Sequence record: OZ196212.1
DNA: 64,000 nucleotides
Strand: one strand, 5' to 3'
Numbering within the stretch: the stretch's first letter is position 1; every line of letters starts with the position of its first letter. A program made the position numbers and the translations under genes. Below, in pieces: positions 8,401 to 19,418 of this stretch. The notes beneath the pieces are model-generated. The model was given only the letters and a program-made list of their open reading frames with translations. It did not search any database and had not been told where the DNA came from.

Positions 8401-9437
8401 AAGTAGCACTTTTAGGCGATTTACATATCGGGGTGCGCGATGATGACTTGTGGATTCAAGATTATCAACGTAAATTCTTTGACTTTATGTTTGCTGAACT
8501 TGAGCATCGCGGTGTTAAAGATCTCGTTCAACTAGGTGACTGGTTTGACGTGCGTCGTGGCGCGACTCAAGAAACATTGATGTTTCAACGAACGTATCTT
8601 AACGACATGTTAGCAGGCATCAATACGCACGTGCTTGTTGGTAACCATGACATGCACTTACGTGAGCGCATCGTACCGAACACGCCATACGAAGTATTGA
8701 GCATCGTTCCTGACGTTACGATTTACGAACACCCGCGAACAGTTGTGTTTGGTGATGTTGCAATCGACATTATCCCGTGGATTTGTAAAGAGAATGAAGC
8801 TGAAATCGCTGAGTTCATCGAAAACACGACAAGCGAATACTGCGTTGGTCACTTTGAGCTGAACGGCTTTGAGTTCCACAAGGGTCAGAAAGCAACGGGC
8901 TGTCTTGATTCGAGCTTCTTGAAAGGTTACAAGCAAGTTTGGTCTGGTCACTTTCACACGCAATCTGAAGCGGGTAATATCAAGTATCTTGGTACACCGT
9001 ACACGCTGACGCTTGCAGATGCTGATGATAAGCGCGGATTCTTCTTGTTTGACACAGAAACGCACGAAATGGAGTTCATTGAGAACCCAGATTGCTGGCA
9101 CACTAAGCTGTACTACGACGCGAACACGTTCGACACGAAGACGATTGACAGCTACGCGAACAAGAACGTTAAGATCATCGTTGAACGTCGCTCTAGTGAC
9201 TCGCGTGACTTGTCGTTTGATGTAGTCGAAGATCGTATCGCTAACATTGCTCATGCTTGTGACACGCTCGATGAGCTTGAAATCAAGAAAGACATGGCAG
9301 AAGACTTCAAAGACATCAAAGATATCGACGATTATGTTGGCGATTACGCTGACACGCTTGAAGAATCGACTGAAGTCAAGAACAAGGTCAAAGCGATCTT
9401 TAGTTCTCTGCGTGCTGAAGCGATGGAGAATGCTTGA
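8397..9437 (+). CDS. 47: recombination nuclease gp47 (Mre11-like)
   Basis: GDLHIG, LGDWFD, VGNHD, GHFE, SGHFH; start at ATG 8397. Confidence 0.95.
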   Translation: MKVALLGDLHIGVRDDDLWIQDYQRKFFDFMFAELEHRGVKDLVQLGDWFDVRRGATQETLMFQRTYLNDMLAGINTHVLVGNHDMHLRERIVPNTPYEVLSIVPDVTIYEHPRTVVFGDVAIDIIPWICKENEAEIAEFIENTTSEYCVGHFELNGFEFHKGQKATGCLDSSFLKGYKQVWSGHFHTQSEAGNIKYLGTPYTLTLADADDKRGFFLFDTETHEMEFIENPDCWHTKLYYDANTFDTKTIDSYANKNVKIIVERRSSDSRDLSFDVVEDRIANIAHACDTLDELEIKKDMAEDFKDIKDIDDYVGDYADTLEESTEVKNKVKAIFSSLRAEAMENA

Positions 9438-9664
9438 TGTCTGACTTAAAACCATGTAAAGTATGTGGCTGCAAGCCGTATGTGCATGAGACGAATATCC
9501 ATGCACATGGCACAGCATTTCGCGGGTGGGTTGTTGAGTGTACTTTTGACGAAGAAGACTATCGCAATCCACCAAAAGTACCGCCGTATGTCGACCATAC
9601 GTTGGAGATTTACGGTGCGACTCAAGAAGAAGCAACCGAACGTTGGGAGCAGCTAAATGATTAA
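9437..9664 (+). CDS. Lar-like zinc-ribbon protein
   Basis: LKPCKVCG N-terminus and A..RW.Q.N C-terminus. Confidence 0.55.
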   Translation: MSDLKPCKVCGCKPYVHETNIHAHGTAFRGWVVECTFDEEDYRNPPKVPPYVDHTLEIYGATQEEATERWEQLND

Positions 9665-11894
9665 ATTCAAAAGCGTCACTTACAGCAACATTATGTCAGT
9701 CGGTAATACGCCGATTACAGTTGAGTTGGACAAGTTCAACAAGACACTGATCACTGGTACTAATGGTGCGGGTAAATCGACGTACATCGAAGCAGTTTGT
9801 TTTGCGTTATACGGCAAGCCGTTTCGTAACATCAAAAAGACTCAGATTGTCAATGCAGTCAACAAGAAAAAGCTTCTTGTTGAGATTGAGTTTCAAGATA
9901 AAAAGCACTTGTACAAAATCGTGCGTGGCATCAAGCCGAACAAATTCGAAATCTACAAAGATGGCGATTTGATTCTGCAAGAAGCTGCGGTCGCTGATTA
10001 CCAAGATATGCTTGAAAAGAACATCTTGCAGATGAGTTTGAGCACATTCAAACAAATCGCTGTGCTAGGTACGGCTGGTTTCACGCCATTCATGCTTTTA
10101 CCCGCTGCGAAGCGTCGTGAAATCGTGGAAGACTTGCTTGATATCGGTATCTTCAGTGACATGGCATCGTTGAACAAAGTCGCGTTGAAAGACTTGAACA
10201 CGAAGATCACTGACATCGAAGCAGATATCGAACGTCGCATGGGCGAACTTCGTCTACACGTCGAATTCCAGAAAGAGCAGAAAGACAATCGCGATGGTGA
10301 TTTGGCTCAACTGGTTAGTCGTAAAGCTGAAGCTGAGACGCAAATTGCTCCACTAGCGTCTGCTATGTCTCATCTTGAAGACCAGATCAGCGGTGATAGC
10401 ACGATTCTTCGTGACTTGAAAACCAAGCTTGCTGAAGCTCTTGAAACTGCGAGTGCAGAACAAGCGAAAGAACTGTCCGAACTTGATGCTGAACATCGTT
10501 CGAATAAGGCTGAGATCCATGCGGGCTTTGAAAAAGAAGTGTCTGAGCTGAAAGCCAAGCATACGTCTGAGCAAGATGCAACTGATGCACTACACGAATC
10601 TGACTTACTTGAGTTTGACCGTGTTCAAGCGGAAGCATTGTCTACATTTGACGGTGAAACTGAAAAGAACACACCAGAAGACGCAGACACTGATCAGATT
10701 GCGGCTGACACATCAATGATGTTCAGCAACAAAAAAGAGATCGATCAGCTCAAGACGAACAAAAAATTCTTCGAAGAGAACGGTGACTGCGAGTGTTCAA
10801 CTTGTAAGCAAACAATCTCGTCTGATTTCGCTCAGAATGTCATCGACATGGCAGATCAGCGCATTGAAACGCTGACAGCCGAGACGAAATCACTTGTAGA
10901 CGCGATTCGCACCGCTCAAGACAAAGCTAAAGCACGTAAAGCGTACTTGACAGATCGTTCGACTGAACGTTCGGGTTTAGAAGCAACGCAGCGTACAGAG
11001 CGTTCTACGTTCGTTAACGAACAGTCAACTGAACGTCAGACAATCGCACGTAAGCAGCAAGAAGAAATGAACACCTTTGTTGGTGATGTGCAGAACCCTG
11101 CAATTCGTCTTCTGAATGAGACACAATCGAAAGCGCGTGCTGACATTGTAGCTCAACATGCTGAGTTCAACGCGAATATCACTAAAGGTGATGCGTCTGC
11201 GCGTGAAGAACTGACTGCGAACATCGGTAAGGACAAAGCTGAACTTGCTACTATTGTCGCAAAAGAAGAGGCTTTGAACAAAGCAATTGCTACTATTGTC
11301 GCAGATATCGCAGATGTTGAGGCGAAAGCAGCAACTGAAGACCGTTCTGACCTTATCAAAGAGCAAACGGCTGAGATTAAGCGTGTTAAAGCGGGTCTAG
11401 CTGTAGATCTTCAGACTAAACACTGTCGCGGTATCGTGGCAACGTTGTTGAAAGACGATGGCGTGAAGTCGATGATTGTTAAACAGTACATCCCGATGAT
11501 TAACAAGTACATCAACGAATACTTGAAGACTATGAACGCGAACTACAACTTCGTTCTAGACGAAGAGTTCAACGAGACTATCAAATCTCGTGGTCGTGAT
11601 GACTTCAGTTACACGTCGTTTTCTCAAGGTGAGCGATGCCGTATTGACTTAGCGTTACTATTCGCGTTCCGTGACTTGGTAAGCGCACGTACGGGTTCAA
11701 TGACCAACTTGCTTGTACTCGATGAGGTGTTCGATTCTGCTGCTGATACAGATGGCGTAGATTCAATTAACCAGATTCTTAGCACAATCAAAGACAACGT
11801 GTTTATTATCTCACACAGTGAGAAGCATGAGCAAAGCATGTTCGATAAGCACATTCGATTCACCAAGAAAGGCAACTTCACTAAGGAAGTCTAA
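9657..11894 (+). CDS. 46: recombination ATPase gp46 (Rad50/SbcC-like)
   Basis: GTNGAGKS, CSTC zinc hook, FSQGE signature, LVLDE, IISH. Confidence 0.97.
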   Translation: MIKFKSVTYSNIMSVGNTPITVELDKFNKTLITGTNGAGKSTYIEAVCFALYGKPFRNIKKTQIVNAVNKKKLLVEIEFQDKKHLYKIVRGIKPNKFEIYKDGDLILQEAAVADYQDMLEKNILQMSLSTFKQIAVLGTAGFTPFMLLPAAKRREIVEDLLDIGIFSDMASLNKVALKDLNTKITDIEADIERRMGELRLHVEFQKEQKDNRDGDLAQLVSRKAEAETQIAPLASAMSHLEDQISGDSTILRDLKTKLAEALETASAEQAKELSELDAEHRSNKAEIHAGFEKEVSELKAKHTSEQDATDALHESDLLEFDRVQAEALSTFDGETEKNTPEDADTDQIAADTSMMFSNKKEIDQLKTNKKFFEENGDCECSTCKQTISSDFAQNVIDMADQRIETLTAETKSLVDAIRTAQDKAKARKAYLTDRSTERSGLEATQRTERSTFVNEQSTERQTIARKQQEEMNTFVGDVQNPAIRLLNETQSKARADIVAQHAEFNANITKGDASAREELTANIGKDKAELATIVAKEEALNKAIATIVADIADVEAKAATEDRSDLIKEQTAEIKRVKAGLAVDLQTKHCRGIVATLLKDDGVKSMIVKQYIPMINKYINEYLKTMNANYNFVLDEEFNETIKSRGRDDFSYTSFSQGERCRIDLALLFAFRDLVSARTGSMTNLLVLDEVFDSAADTDGVDSINQILSTIKDNVFIISHSEKHEQSMFDKHIRFTKKGNFTKEV

Positions 11895-12367
11895 TGAAAC
11901 TGATACCGGTTCAAATCGACTACCAAGACGATATTTACAAAATGGCGAAATATCTCTTGGCTAACGATGGTCATCCGGATTCACTTGAGACGAAGATCGG
12001 GCGCTTTATGCTCGGTCGAGCGACTGGTCACACTTCAGCAATGCAAGCAACTGCTAGTCGCTTGCGTGCTGAGGGCTATCGCGTCACTGAAGTGTATCTG
12101 AATCAGCATATGATGACGGATTCTATTCGAAATTCGCATCACCCACACCCTGATATGTGTATGACATATGGTCATTTAATTGACCGTGGCTTTTCGGCTT
12201 CGGCTTTACGTAGTCGATGCTCACATGATATTTCCGATATCATCTTGTTTGACACATATTCATTTGCAGAACAACGCATTCCGAATCTGTCGGCAAAGGT
12301 GGAAGAATTCATGTACATCTTGCACAGACATTATCATAAAAGAACTGCGTTTTTCTTCATTCAGTAA
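11894..12367 (+). CDS. hypothetical protein
   Basis: ORF coupled to gp46 stop. Confidence 0.7.
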   Translation: MKLIPVQIDYQDDIYKMAKYLLANDGHPDSLETKIGRFMLGRATGHTSAMQATASRLRAEGYRVTEVYLNQHMMTDSIRNSHHPHPDMCMTYGHLIDRGFSASALRSRCSHDISDIILFDTYSFAEQRIPNLSAKVEEFMYILHRHYHKRTAFFFIQ

Positions 12368-12368
12368 G

Positions 12369-12397
12369 TTTAGACACTTAAATAGCTGTGTTATTAT
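12369..12397 (+). promoter_or_regulatory. sigma70-like promoter, GTTTA class
   Basis: TTTAGA-17-TATTAT. Confidence 0.7.
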
Positions 12398-12422
12398 AGC
12401 GCAGCTACTGAGGAAACAACGC

Positions 12423-12635
12423 ATGACTACTTTAGATAATCATATTACAACGCCCGACATTAAACATTGGGTGATAATTGATAACTTCCGTGGTGAAGAA
12501 AAGATCTTGCCCGAAGTGCAATTAATCGAAGCTTTCGGCGAAGAACGTTGGCGAAAGATTACGTCTGGTTTAGACGACTATTTCAAAGCATACGAGTATA
12601 ACTACGAATATACTGAGCGTGGCTTTAAACTCTAA
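12423..12635 (+). CDS. small protein, gp45.2-like by position
   Basis: 70 aa from ATG 12423 behind GAGGA; lies between 46 and 45. Confidence 0.6.
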   Translation: MTTLDNHITTPDIKHWVIIDNFRGEEKILPEVQLIEAFGEERWRKITSGLDDYFKAYEYNYEYTERGFKL

Positions 12636-12669
12636 TTGAACAAAACATCATACATTTGAAGGTAAAATA

Positions 12670-13335
12670 ATGAAACTTAACAAATCTACAATTGAAGTGC
12701 TAAAAAACTTTGCTGGCATCAACAACGGCATGGTTATCCACGCGGGCACTCGTCTACGTACTCAAGATAACTTGAACAAGCAAATCGCTTATGCAGACAT
12801 CGAAGACACGTTCCCTGCTGAATTTGCAGTATACGATCTTGGTGAGTTTCTAAGCGCAATCAACTTGCTTGATAACGCTGAACTTGACTTCCAAGAAAAA
12901 TACGTTGTCGTTACTGGCGATGGTGGCACGAAACTGACGTTCCAATATGCAAACGCTGAGTTTGTAACTGAAGCACCAGAGAAAGTGAACTTCCCTGATG
13001 ATCTTACTGGCGGTGCTGAGTTTGACCTTAAAGGTGAAGATCTACAGCGCGTTAAGAAAGCATCGGCAACACTTGGTCTGTCTGATATCTGTGTACGCAC
13101 GACTGCGGGTTCAACTGCGGTTACTCTATCTGCGACTGACGCGCAAGGTTCGAGCAAGCACAAATTCGAAATCAACGTTGGTACTGCTGACGAGGCAATC
13201 GAATACGAGTTCTTCTTCAAATCTGAGCGACTAAACATCGTTGACCAAGACTACAAAGTTTCTATTCACCCAGCGGGTATTTCTCGCTTCTTGGGTCTAT
13301 CGCTTGAATACTTCATTGCTACTGAAGCACTGTAA
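12670..13335 (+). CDS. 45: sliding clamp gp45
   Basis: MKLNKSTIEVLKNFAGIN, FAVYDLGEFL, YFIATE. Confidence 0.95.
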   Translation: MKLNKSTIEVLKNFAGINNGMVIHAGTRLRTQDNLNKQIAYADIEDTFPAEFAVYDLGEFLSAINLLDNAELDFQEKYVVVTGDGGTKLTFQYANAEFVTEAPEKVNFPDDLTGGAEFDLKGEDLQRVKKASATLGLSDICVRTTAGSTAVTLSATDAQGSSKHKFEINVGTADEAIEYEFFFKSERLNIVDQDYKVSIHPAGISRFLGLSLEYFIATEAL

Positions 13336-13397
13336 TTTAAGTTAAGTGTCGGGCTTAATCGCCCCTTTTTTGAAAATTTTATTATGGGAAACAAGCA

Positions 13398-14348
13398 ATG
13401 AATTTTGATGCAAAAGAGCTACTTTGGGAACAAAAATACCGTCCACAAACAATCAAAGAGTGTGTTTTACCAGAACGCGTTCGTGAACACTTCACGACAA
13501 TGATTGAGAAGAACGAACTTCCGAACATGCTTCTAGCGAGTTCTTCACCGGGTACTGGTAAGACTACAGTAGCGCGTGCATTACTTGCCGATTTGGGTTA
13601 CGATGTTCTATTCGTTAACGCGTCTTCAAGTCGTGGTATTGGTCTAGTTCAGACTGACTTACCGGCGTTCTGTTCAACTGTTTCATTCTCGGGCAAGCCT
13701 AAAGCGGTAATTCTTGATGAGGCAGATAACTTGACTGCTGATGCACAGAAAGCATTACGTGGTTTGATTGAGCAGTTCAGCAAAAACGTACGTTTTGTTC
13801 TAACGTGTAACTACCCACAGAAAATCATCACACCGATTCGTTCGCGTCTACAGACTTTCGAGTTTGTCTATGACAAAACCGAGCAGCTATCGTGTGTCAA
13901 GCAGATGATTATCCGCTCTATGGGCATTTGTAAAAACGAAGGCATCACTGTAACGAACGCTGCTGTGCTTAAAGAGCTAGTTAAGCGTAACTACCCTGAT
14001 AACCGTGCAACCGTCGTAGCGTTGCAGAACTACGCACGTAAAGGTGTGATTGATGAGGGTATCTTGTCAGAAATCACAGCGAACGACGATATTTCAGAAA
14101 TGATTGCAGCACTGAAATCGAAAGACTTCAAATCTGTGCGCGGTCTGATTCCGAAATACTCTGGTGACATCGCGGGCTTCTTGCACAATCTTTACAAAGC
14201 GGCTTACACTGATCTTGATGGTAACAGCATTGCGATGTTCATTCAGATTGTCGGTGAAGCGAACAACAACGCGACCACGTGTGTTGATACTGAAATTTTG
14301 CTTGCGTACACGCTTGTGCAAATCATGCTTGAATGTACTTTCGTATAG
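13398..14348 (+). CDS. 44: clamp loader large subunit gp44
   Basis: LWEQKYRP, SPGTGKT, ILDEAD, IRSR. Confidence 0.97.
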   Translation: MNFDAKELLWEQKYRPQTIKECVLPERVREHFTTMIEKNELPNMLLASSSPGTGKTTVARALLADLGYDVLFVNASSSRGIGLVQTDLPAFCSTVSFSGKPKAVILDEADNLTADAQKALRGLIEQFSKNVRFVLTCNYPQKIITPIRSRLQTFEFVYDKTEQLSCVKQMIIRSMGICKNEGITVTNAAVLKELVKRNYPDNRATVVALQNYARKGVIDEGILSEITANDDISEMIAALKSKDFKSVRGLIPKYSGDIAGFLHNLYKAAYTDLDGNSIAMFIQIVGEANNNATTCVDTEILLAYTLVQIMLECTFV

Positions 14349-14357
14349 GGAATTATC

Positions 14358-14843
14358 ATGGACATCTTTGAACTATTAGCGAAAGGCGAAGAAGCTGAAG
14401 CGAAACAAGCCGAAGATGACGCAGCATACGAAGCAGAAATGAAAGCGGCGAAAGTGAAAAAGCTATCGCCATTTGATTTTCTGAACAGCATTTACATGAA
14501 AGAGCGCATCGGTGGCGAACAGGTATCGCAGTATCAACCATTCATGGTGAATCGCGGTATGTCTAACGGCATCGATACGATTGTACACGCGTATATCATG
14601 GATCAATGCGGTAGTAAGCTACCGAAAGATATGCAGTACGACTACATGTATCACGCAGTTCGTAAAGGCAAGCGTTACAACAAGTGGGCGAAAGAAACGA
14701 AGTACGATTCAGTTGACATGATCATGGAAGTCTATGATTTGAACAAACAGAAAGCAATCGACGTGCTTCATCGACTAACAGAACAAGAACTATTGGATTT
14801 GACTGAATGGTTTGAGTCACGAACCGGGGGCTTAACTCGCTAA
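14358..14843 (+). CDS. 62: clamp loader small subunit gp62
   Basis: SPFDFLNSI, YQPFMVNRGMS, KRYNKWAK; synteny. Confidence 0.9.
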   Translation: MDIFELLAKGEEAEAKQAEDDAAYEAEMKAAKVKKLSPFDFLNSIYMKERIGGEQVSQYQPFMVNRGMSNGIDTIVHAYIMDQCGSKLPKDMQYDYMYHAVRKGKRYNKWAKETKYDSVDMIMEVYDLNKQKAIDVLHRLTEQELLDLTEWFESRTGGLTR

Positions 14844-14877
14844 TAAATATGTTTTTATTATGCAGTTGAGACTACAC

Positions 14878-15267
14878 ATGGACATTATTAACAAACTTGA
14901 AATCAAATTGCCAGATGATGATGCATTCTTGAAGATTCGCGAGACTCTTACAAGAATCGGCATCGCAAACAACAAAACCAACACGCTGTACCAATCGTGT
15001 CATATTCTTCAGAAACGCGGTGTTTACTATCTCGTACACTTCAAAGAGCTTCTAGCTCTTGACGGTCGATGCGTAGAGATCACGGCTGAAGACATTGAGC
15101 GTCGTAATAACATTGCGAAGCTACTTGAAGACTGGAGCTTGTGCAGCATTGCGCATCCCGAGTCTCACGAGTTCACGGGCGACAACAAATTCCGTGTTAT
15201 CTCGTATCGTGATTCGAAAAACTGGGAATTGCGTTACAAGTATCGCATAGGCGCTCCTGTCACTTAG
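14878..15267 (+). CDS. regA: translational repressor RegA
   Basis: FLKIRETLTRIGIA..LYQSCHILQKRG.YY.VHFKELLALDG. Confidence 0.97.
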   Translation: MDIINKLEIKLPDDDAFLKIRETLTRIGIANNKTNTLYQSCHILQKRGVYYLVHFKELLALDGRCVEITAEDIERRNNIAKLLEDWSLCSIAHPESHEFTGDNKFRVISYRDSKNWELRYKYRIGAPVT

Positions 15268-15886
15268 ACTTGCAATTGTCAAAGTGGTGACGTGTCATCG
15301 CGCCGCCTTTTTTGCCTTGCTTTTCGCAATGCGGGCATGTGACAACAGGGAGATTCAAAAGAGCTTCGCTTATTTTCTGTGAGTGCTCTTTTGATTTTGA
15401 GACGCCTTTTCGTGATTTTGACATTTTTTCTTTTGTTGCATCACTGGTCGGTTCTCTATTCTCCCATGCTTTTTTAAGATTTTCACGATGTTCGTCGCTA
15501 AATGGGCCGCGCACGATTCCTGTCAGGGTTTGGGATATGGCTTTTGCATGAGCTTCGCGTGCATAACGATAACTATGGGAATTATGTCTCTTATCGTTAG
15601 CTAGTCGATTCCATGCATGTGCCATTTTGTTATTGTTATAAATTTTAAATAAGAGCCAGTGGACTAAGAAGTGTTCTCTTGCAGTGAGTATTACAAGATT
15701 GCTCTTATCTTCTGAATCAATGTCAAATACGTAATCATCACGTTCGATATTCTTGCTATATCTACACATAGACTTGGGTGATATGTGGTGAATTTCTACG
15801 TAGACTGGTGCAGTTGACTTTGTCCATGCTCTTTCTAACGCTCGATTTATAATCTCGTCGTGTATTCTTTTGTAATTCATATGCAT
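15260..15886 (-). mobile_element. free-standing HNH homing endonuclease (NUMOD3 repeats)
   Basis: EIHHISPK..NLVILTAREHFLVH; TKEKMSKSRKG-type repeats; CPHC; antisense, overlapping the regA stop. Confidence 0.88.
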
Positions 15887-15904
15887 TCTTAAATGGTTTC
15901 TTTG

Positions 15905-15912
15905 TATTTATA
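15905..15912 (-). promoter_or_regulatory. T4 late promoter TATAAATA
   Basis: perfect consensus upstream of HNH gene. Confidence 0.85.
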
Positions 15913-15949
15913 ACGGACAAGTCGAGAATTCGTGTTTTGTGAGGAATAT

Positions 15950-16471
15950 ATGAACAACGAACGTTTTCAAGAACTATTACAATTCGGTGGCGAATTCGAA
16001 GCTGCCGTTGAGCCGAAGATCGCAAGGGTATTCTGTCATGCAGACCCGATGGCGATGCTTATCAATACGGCTACATCAAAAACAGATGACAAGCATGGGC
16101 GTGGTCAACGTCTGATGTTCTGTCAAGACACATCCGCAAGCTATATGCTACCAGACGTATTTGTTTTCAGTAAAGGAAAGCAGTTCTGCGTCGAAATCAA
16201 GTGTAAAAAGCGATTCTACCGCTATTCTGATGGCAAACTGTATGCTGTTATCGACACGTACAAGGTGCTTGAGTACCTAGAAGCCGTCGAAAAGATGGGG
16301 TTTGATGGTATTTACTATGTATTCGGTGACGAAGAGACTCGTGCAGTCTATTTTGCTCAAACTGAGCAGTCGATTGACATCATTATCGATGAATTCAGAG
16401 AATACAAGAACCCGAAAGGTCAGTTCAAAGCATGGGCAATCGACGAATTACATTCTCTAGGGAAATGGTAG
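15950..16471 (+). CDS. PD-(D/E)xK nuclease-like protein
   Basis: LPDVFVFSKGKQFCVEIK; start ATG 15950 behind GAGGA. Confidence 0.65.
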   Translation: MNNERFQELLQFGGEFEAAVEPKIARVFCHADPMAMLINTATSKTDDKHGRGQRLMFCQDTSASYMLPDVFVFSKGKQFCVEIKCKKRFYRYSDGKLYAVIDTYKVLEYLEAVEKMGFDGIYYVFGDEETRAVYFAQTEQSIDIIIDEFREYKNPKGQFKAWAIDELHSLGKW

Positions 16472-16500
16472 TTTAACAGCTAAACAACGCGTGATAGCAT
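16472..16500 (+). promoter_or_regulatory. sigma70-like promoter, GTTTA class, upstream of gene 43
   Basis: TTTAAC-17-TAGCAT. Confidence 0.6.
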
Positions 16501-16530
16501 ACATACATCAAACACTTGTGAAGGAATAAT

Positions 16531-19080
16531 ATGTTTTACACATCTATCGAACGAATCGGCTCTAATCTCTGCGAACGCTACATCGATGACGACGGGCTAG
16601 AACATGCTCGTAAAGTCAAGTATGAACCGACTCTGTTCATTCACTGTAACGAAGAAACTGGTTACAAAGACATCTATGGTCGTCACTGTCGTCCTAAGCT
16701 ATTCGACACGATGGGCGATGCAAGTAAGTACATCAAAGAAACCAAACAATTCAACGAAGTGTTAGGCATGGACGATTTCGTCGTGACTTACATTTCAGAC
16801 CAGTACAAAACACGTGAATTCGACATGAATCGCATTCGCATCGCGAATATCGATATCGAAACACCGTCTGTTGAGTTCCCAGAAGCTGCGCACGCACCTG
16901 TGCCAATTACTTCAATCGGTCACTACGACAACATCGATGACAAGTTCTACGTTTACGGTATTCCGTCGAACACTGAGTGGTCACGCGAGAGTTCAATCGT
17001 TAAGCCCGAGCTGCTTGAAAAGACTGTGTACATTCGCTGTGCGACTGAGAAAGAGCTACTAGTCAAGTATCTTCAGTTCTGGCGTGAGAAAACACCTGCA
17101 ATCGTGACTGGCTGGAACATTGAATCGTTCGATATGCCGTACATCGTGAATCGTTACAAGAAAGTTCTCGGTGAAAAAGCGATGCGTGCTCTATCACCAT
17201 GGGGTAAAGTGAACATCACGAACACTGTGAACGATTACGGTCAAGAAATCTGTAAAGTGAACATTCTTGGCGTGTCTGAACTCGATTATCTTCAACTGTA
17301 CAAGAAATTCACGTACACAACTCGCCCGTCGTATCGTCTAGATTACATCGGTGAAGTTGAGTTGAAAGAAAACAAGGTTGAATTCGAACAAGCGAACTAT
17401 CTTGAGTTTTACGAGCAAGATTACCAGAACTTCATCGACTATCAGATTCAAGATGTTAACTTGGTTAAGCGCCTCGACGAGAAGCTTCAACTGATGCTTT
17501 TGACAATCTCACTTGCGTACTACGCGGGCATCAACTATCAGACGGTACTTGGTACAATCAAGCCGTGGGATGCAATCATTTTCAACTCGCTTAAAGCTGA
17601 GAAGAAAGTCGTTCCGATGATGCGCTCTCACGAGGGTGGTCGATTCATGGGTGCGTTCGTTAAAGCTCCGCAGATTGGTTATCATCGCGGCATTGGCTCT
17701 TTCGATTTAACGTCACTTTACCCGTCGATCATTCGTGAATGTAACATTTCACCAGAGACAATTGTCGGTCAGCTTGACTACAACGGTACTCTTGAAGATC
17801 GCATCGACAAGATTGTTGATTACGCAGTGTCTTTCCCTGCTGATAATCTGTCGAACAGCGCGAACGGTATGCAATATCGCAAAGACGTGCGTGGTGTAAT
17901 CCCAGTCGAAATCGAAAAAGTATTCTTTCAGCGTAAAGCGAACAAGAAGAAGTCATTCGAGTTCGAGCAGCTTGCGATGGACATTCAGAAGAAAATCGAC
18001 GAAGAGGGTGGTGATGATGCACTAATCTCTGAACTAGCTGAAGCGAAACACCAAGCGAAGATTTACGACGTACAGCAAATGGCTCGTAAGATTCTTATCA
18101 ACTCACTTTATGGTGCGTTAGGTAACGAATACTTCCGATTCTACGACTTGCGCAATGCTGAAGCTGTAACAGCATACGGTCAGCTTTCAATCAAATGGGT
18201 AGCGCGTGACGTGAACATTTGGCTGAACAAGATGTGTAAGACGACTGACAAAGATTACGTGATTTACGGTGATACCGATTCAATTTACGTTAACTTCGAT
18301 CCTCTGCTTGAGATTCTTGGAATCAATAAGCTTGAGGGTGACGCGTACACTGACAAGTTCAGCAAAGTATGTGAGACAGTCGAAGCGAAAGTTATCAACC
18401 CGTCTTACGATGCACTGCACAAGTACATGAACACGTATGAACGTCAGATGTTCATGGATCGCGAAGTTCTAGCACGTACTGGCTTCTTTATCGCGAAAAA
18501 GCGTTATGCGCTTGACGTACAAGATAATGAGGGCATTCGTAAGCCGAAGCTGAAGATCATGGGTATTGAGACTCAACGTAGTTCAACGCCACCGCTTGCA
18601 CAGAAAGGTCTCAAAGAGTCGATTCGTTTGATTCTTCAAGATGGTCAAGACGCGTTGCAAGCATACGTGAAAACGTATGAGACTGAGTTCAAGAAAGCTC
18701 CGTATCAAGAAATCTCGTTCGTGTCTAGTGCAAACAACATGGCGAAATACTCAGATACGAAAGGTAACCCAGGTAAGGGCTGTCCGGGTCACGTTAAAGG
18801 CGCGTTGTACTACAACAAACTCGCTGAAGAGCATGGCTTTGACAAGATCAACGAGGGCGACAAAATCGCTGTTGTGTTCTTGACGCGTAACAAGCACGGC
18901 ATTGACCGTATCGCTTACCCGTCTGGTGGTCGTTTGCCTGATGCACTTGAATATCTAACTGCGCACATCGATTACAATCGACTGTACGACGACAAGTTTG
19001 TGAAACCACTGAACGCGATTTCTGAAGCGATCAAGTGGGACTACAAGAAAACGATAACTTTGGAGAGTTTCTTTGGGTAA
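16531..19080 (+). CDS. 43: family B DNA polymerase gp43
   Basis: [39 protein letters not shown]; uninterrupted. Confidence 0.99.
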   Translation: MFYTSIERIGSNLCERYIDDDGLEHARKVKYEPTLFIHCNEETGYKDIYGRHCRPKLFDTMGDASKYIKETKQFNEVLGMDDFVVTYISDQYKTREFDMNRIRIANIDIETPSVEFPEAAHAPVPITSIGHYDNIDDKFYVYGIPSNTEWSRESSIVKPELLEKTVYIRCATEKELLVKYLQFWREKTPAIVTGWNIESFDMPYIVNRYKKVLGEKAMRALSPWGKVNITNTVNDYGQEICKVNILGVSELDYLQLYKKFTYTTRPSYRLDYIGEVELKENKVEFEQANYLEFYEQDYQNFIDYQIQDVNLVKRLDEKLQLMLLTISLAYYAGINYQTVLGTIKPWDAIIFNSLKAEKKVVPMMRSHEGGRFMGAFVKAPQIGYHRGIGSFDLTSLYPSIIRECNISPETIVGQLDYNGTLEDRIDKIVDYAVSFPADNLSNSANGMQYRKDVRGVIPVEIEKVFFQRKANKKKSFEFEQLAMDIQKKIDEEGGDDALISELAEAKHQAKIYDVQQMARKILINSLYGALGNEYFRFYDLRNAEAVTAYGQLSIKWVARDVNIWLNKMCKTTDKDYVIYGDTDSIYVNFDPLLEILGINKLEGDAYTDKFSKVCETVEAKVINPSYDALHKYMNTYERQMFMDREVLARTGFFIAKKRYALDVQDNEGIRKPKLKIMGIETQRSSTPPLAQKGLKESIRLILQDGQDALQAYVKTYETEFKKAPYQEISFVSSANNMAKYSDTKGNPGKGCPGHVKGALYYNKLAEEHGFDKINEGDKIAVVFLTRNKHGIDRIAYPSGGRLPDALEYLTAHIDYNRLYDDKFVKPLNAISEAIKWDYKKTITLESFFG

Positions 19081-19357
19081 TGTAGACGGCATCGCGTTTG
19101 ACGAAGACACGCGAATCATAGACATCGAGGACGGGGCTTTGCCCGTCTTCGTGACCGAAACACCGGTAACGCAAATCAACGAATACAAAGTATGCAACGA
19201 TTGGGTGTTAGATATCGAGTCGTGGCATGTAGGCGATGAAGTTGTGAAGATTACGCTTGGTAATAAAAAGGCAACGTACATGGGAATCGAGCATCCCGCG
19301 AATGTTCTCATCGACAAAGCGCAACTGAAATCATTCTTGCAAGATTTGTTGAAATAA
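19073..19357 (+). CDS. hypothetical protein (TTG start)
   Basis: GGAG 7 nt before TTG; overlaps the gp43 stop. Confidence 0.65.
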   Translation: MGNVDGIAFDEDTRIIDIEDGALPVFVTETPVTQINEYKVCNDWVLDIESWHVGDEVVKITLGNKKATYMGIEHPANVLIDKAQLKSFLQDLLK

Positions 19358-19360
19358 CGA

Positions 19361-19391
19361 TTGACAGTGTATAGTTTCGGCTATACACTGT
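19361..19391 (+). promoter_or_regulatory. promoter inside a hairpin
   Basis: TTGACA-17-TACACT; arms acagtgtatag 19364-19374 / ctatacactgt 19381-19391 around tTTCGg. Confidence 0.8.
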
Positions 19392-19418
19392 TATTAACTT
19401 AATTGAGAGGATAAAATC

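Noticed and set aside
16531-19080. Intron, intein or split in DNA polymerase
   Set aside because: Continuous 849-aa ORF with all motifs at normal spacing.
19069-19083. +1 frameshift extending gp43 into the next ORF
   Set aside because: A GGAG 7 nt before TTG 19073 explains independent initiation, and gp43 ends at a normal C-terminus.
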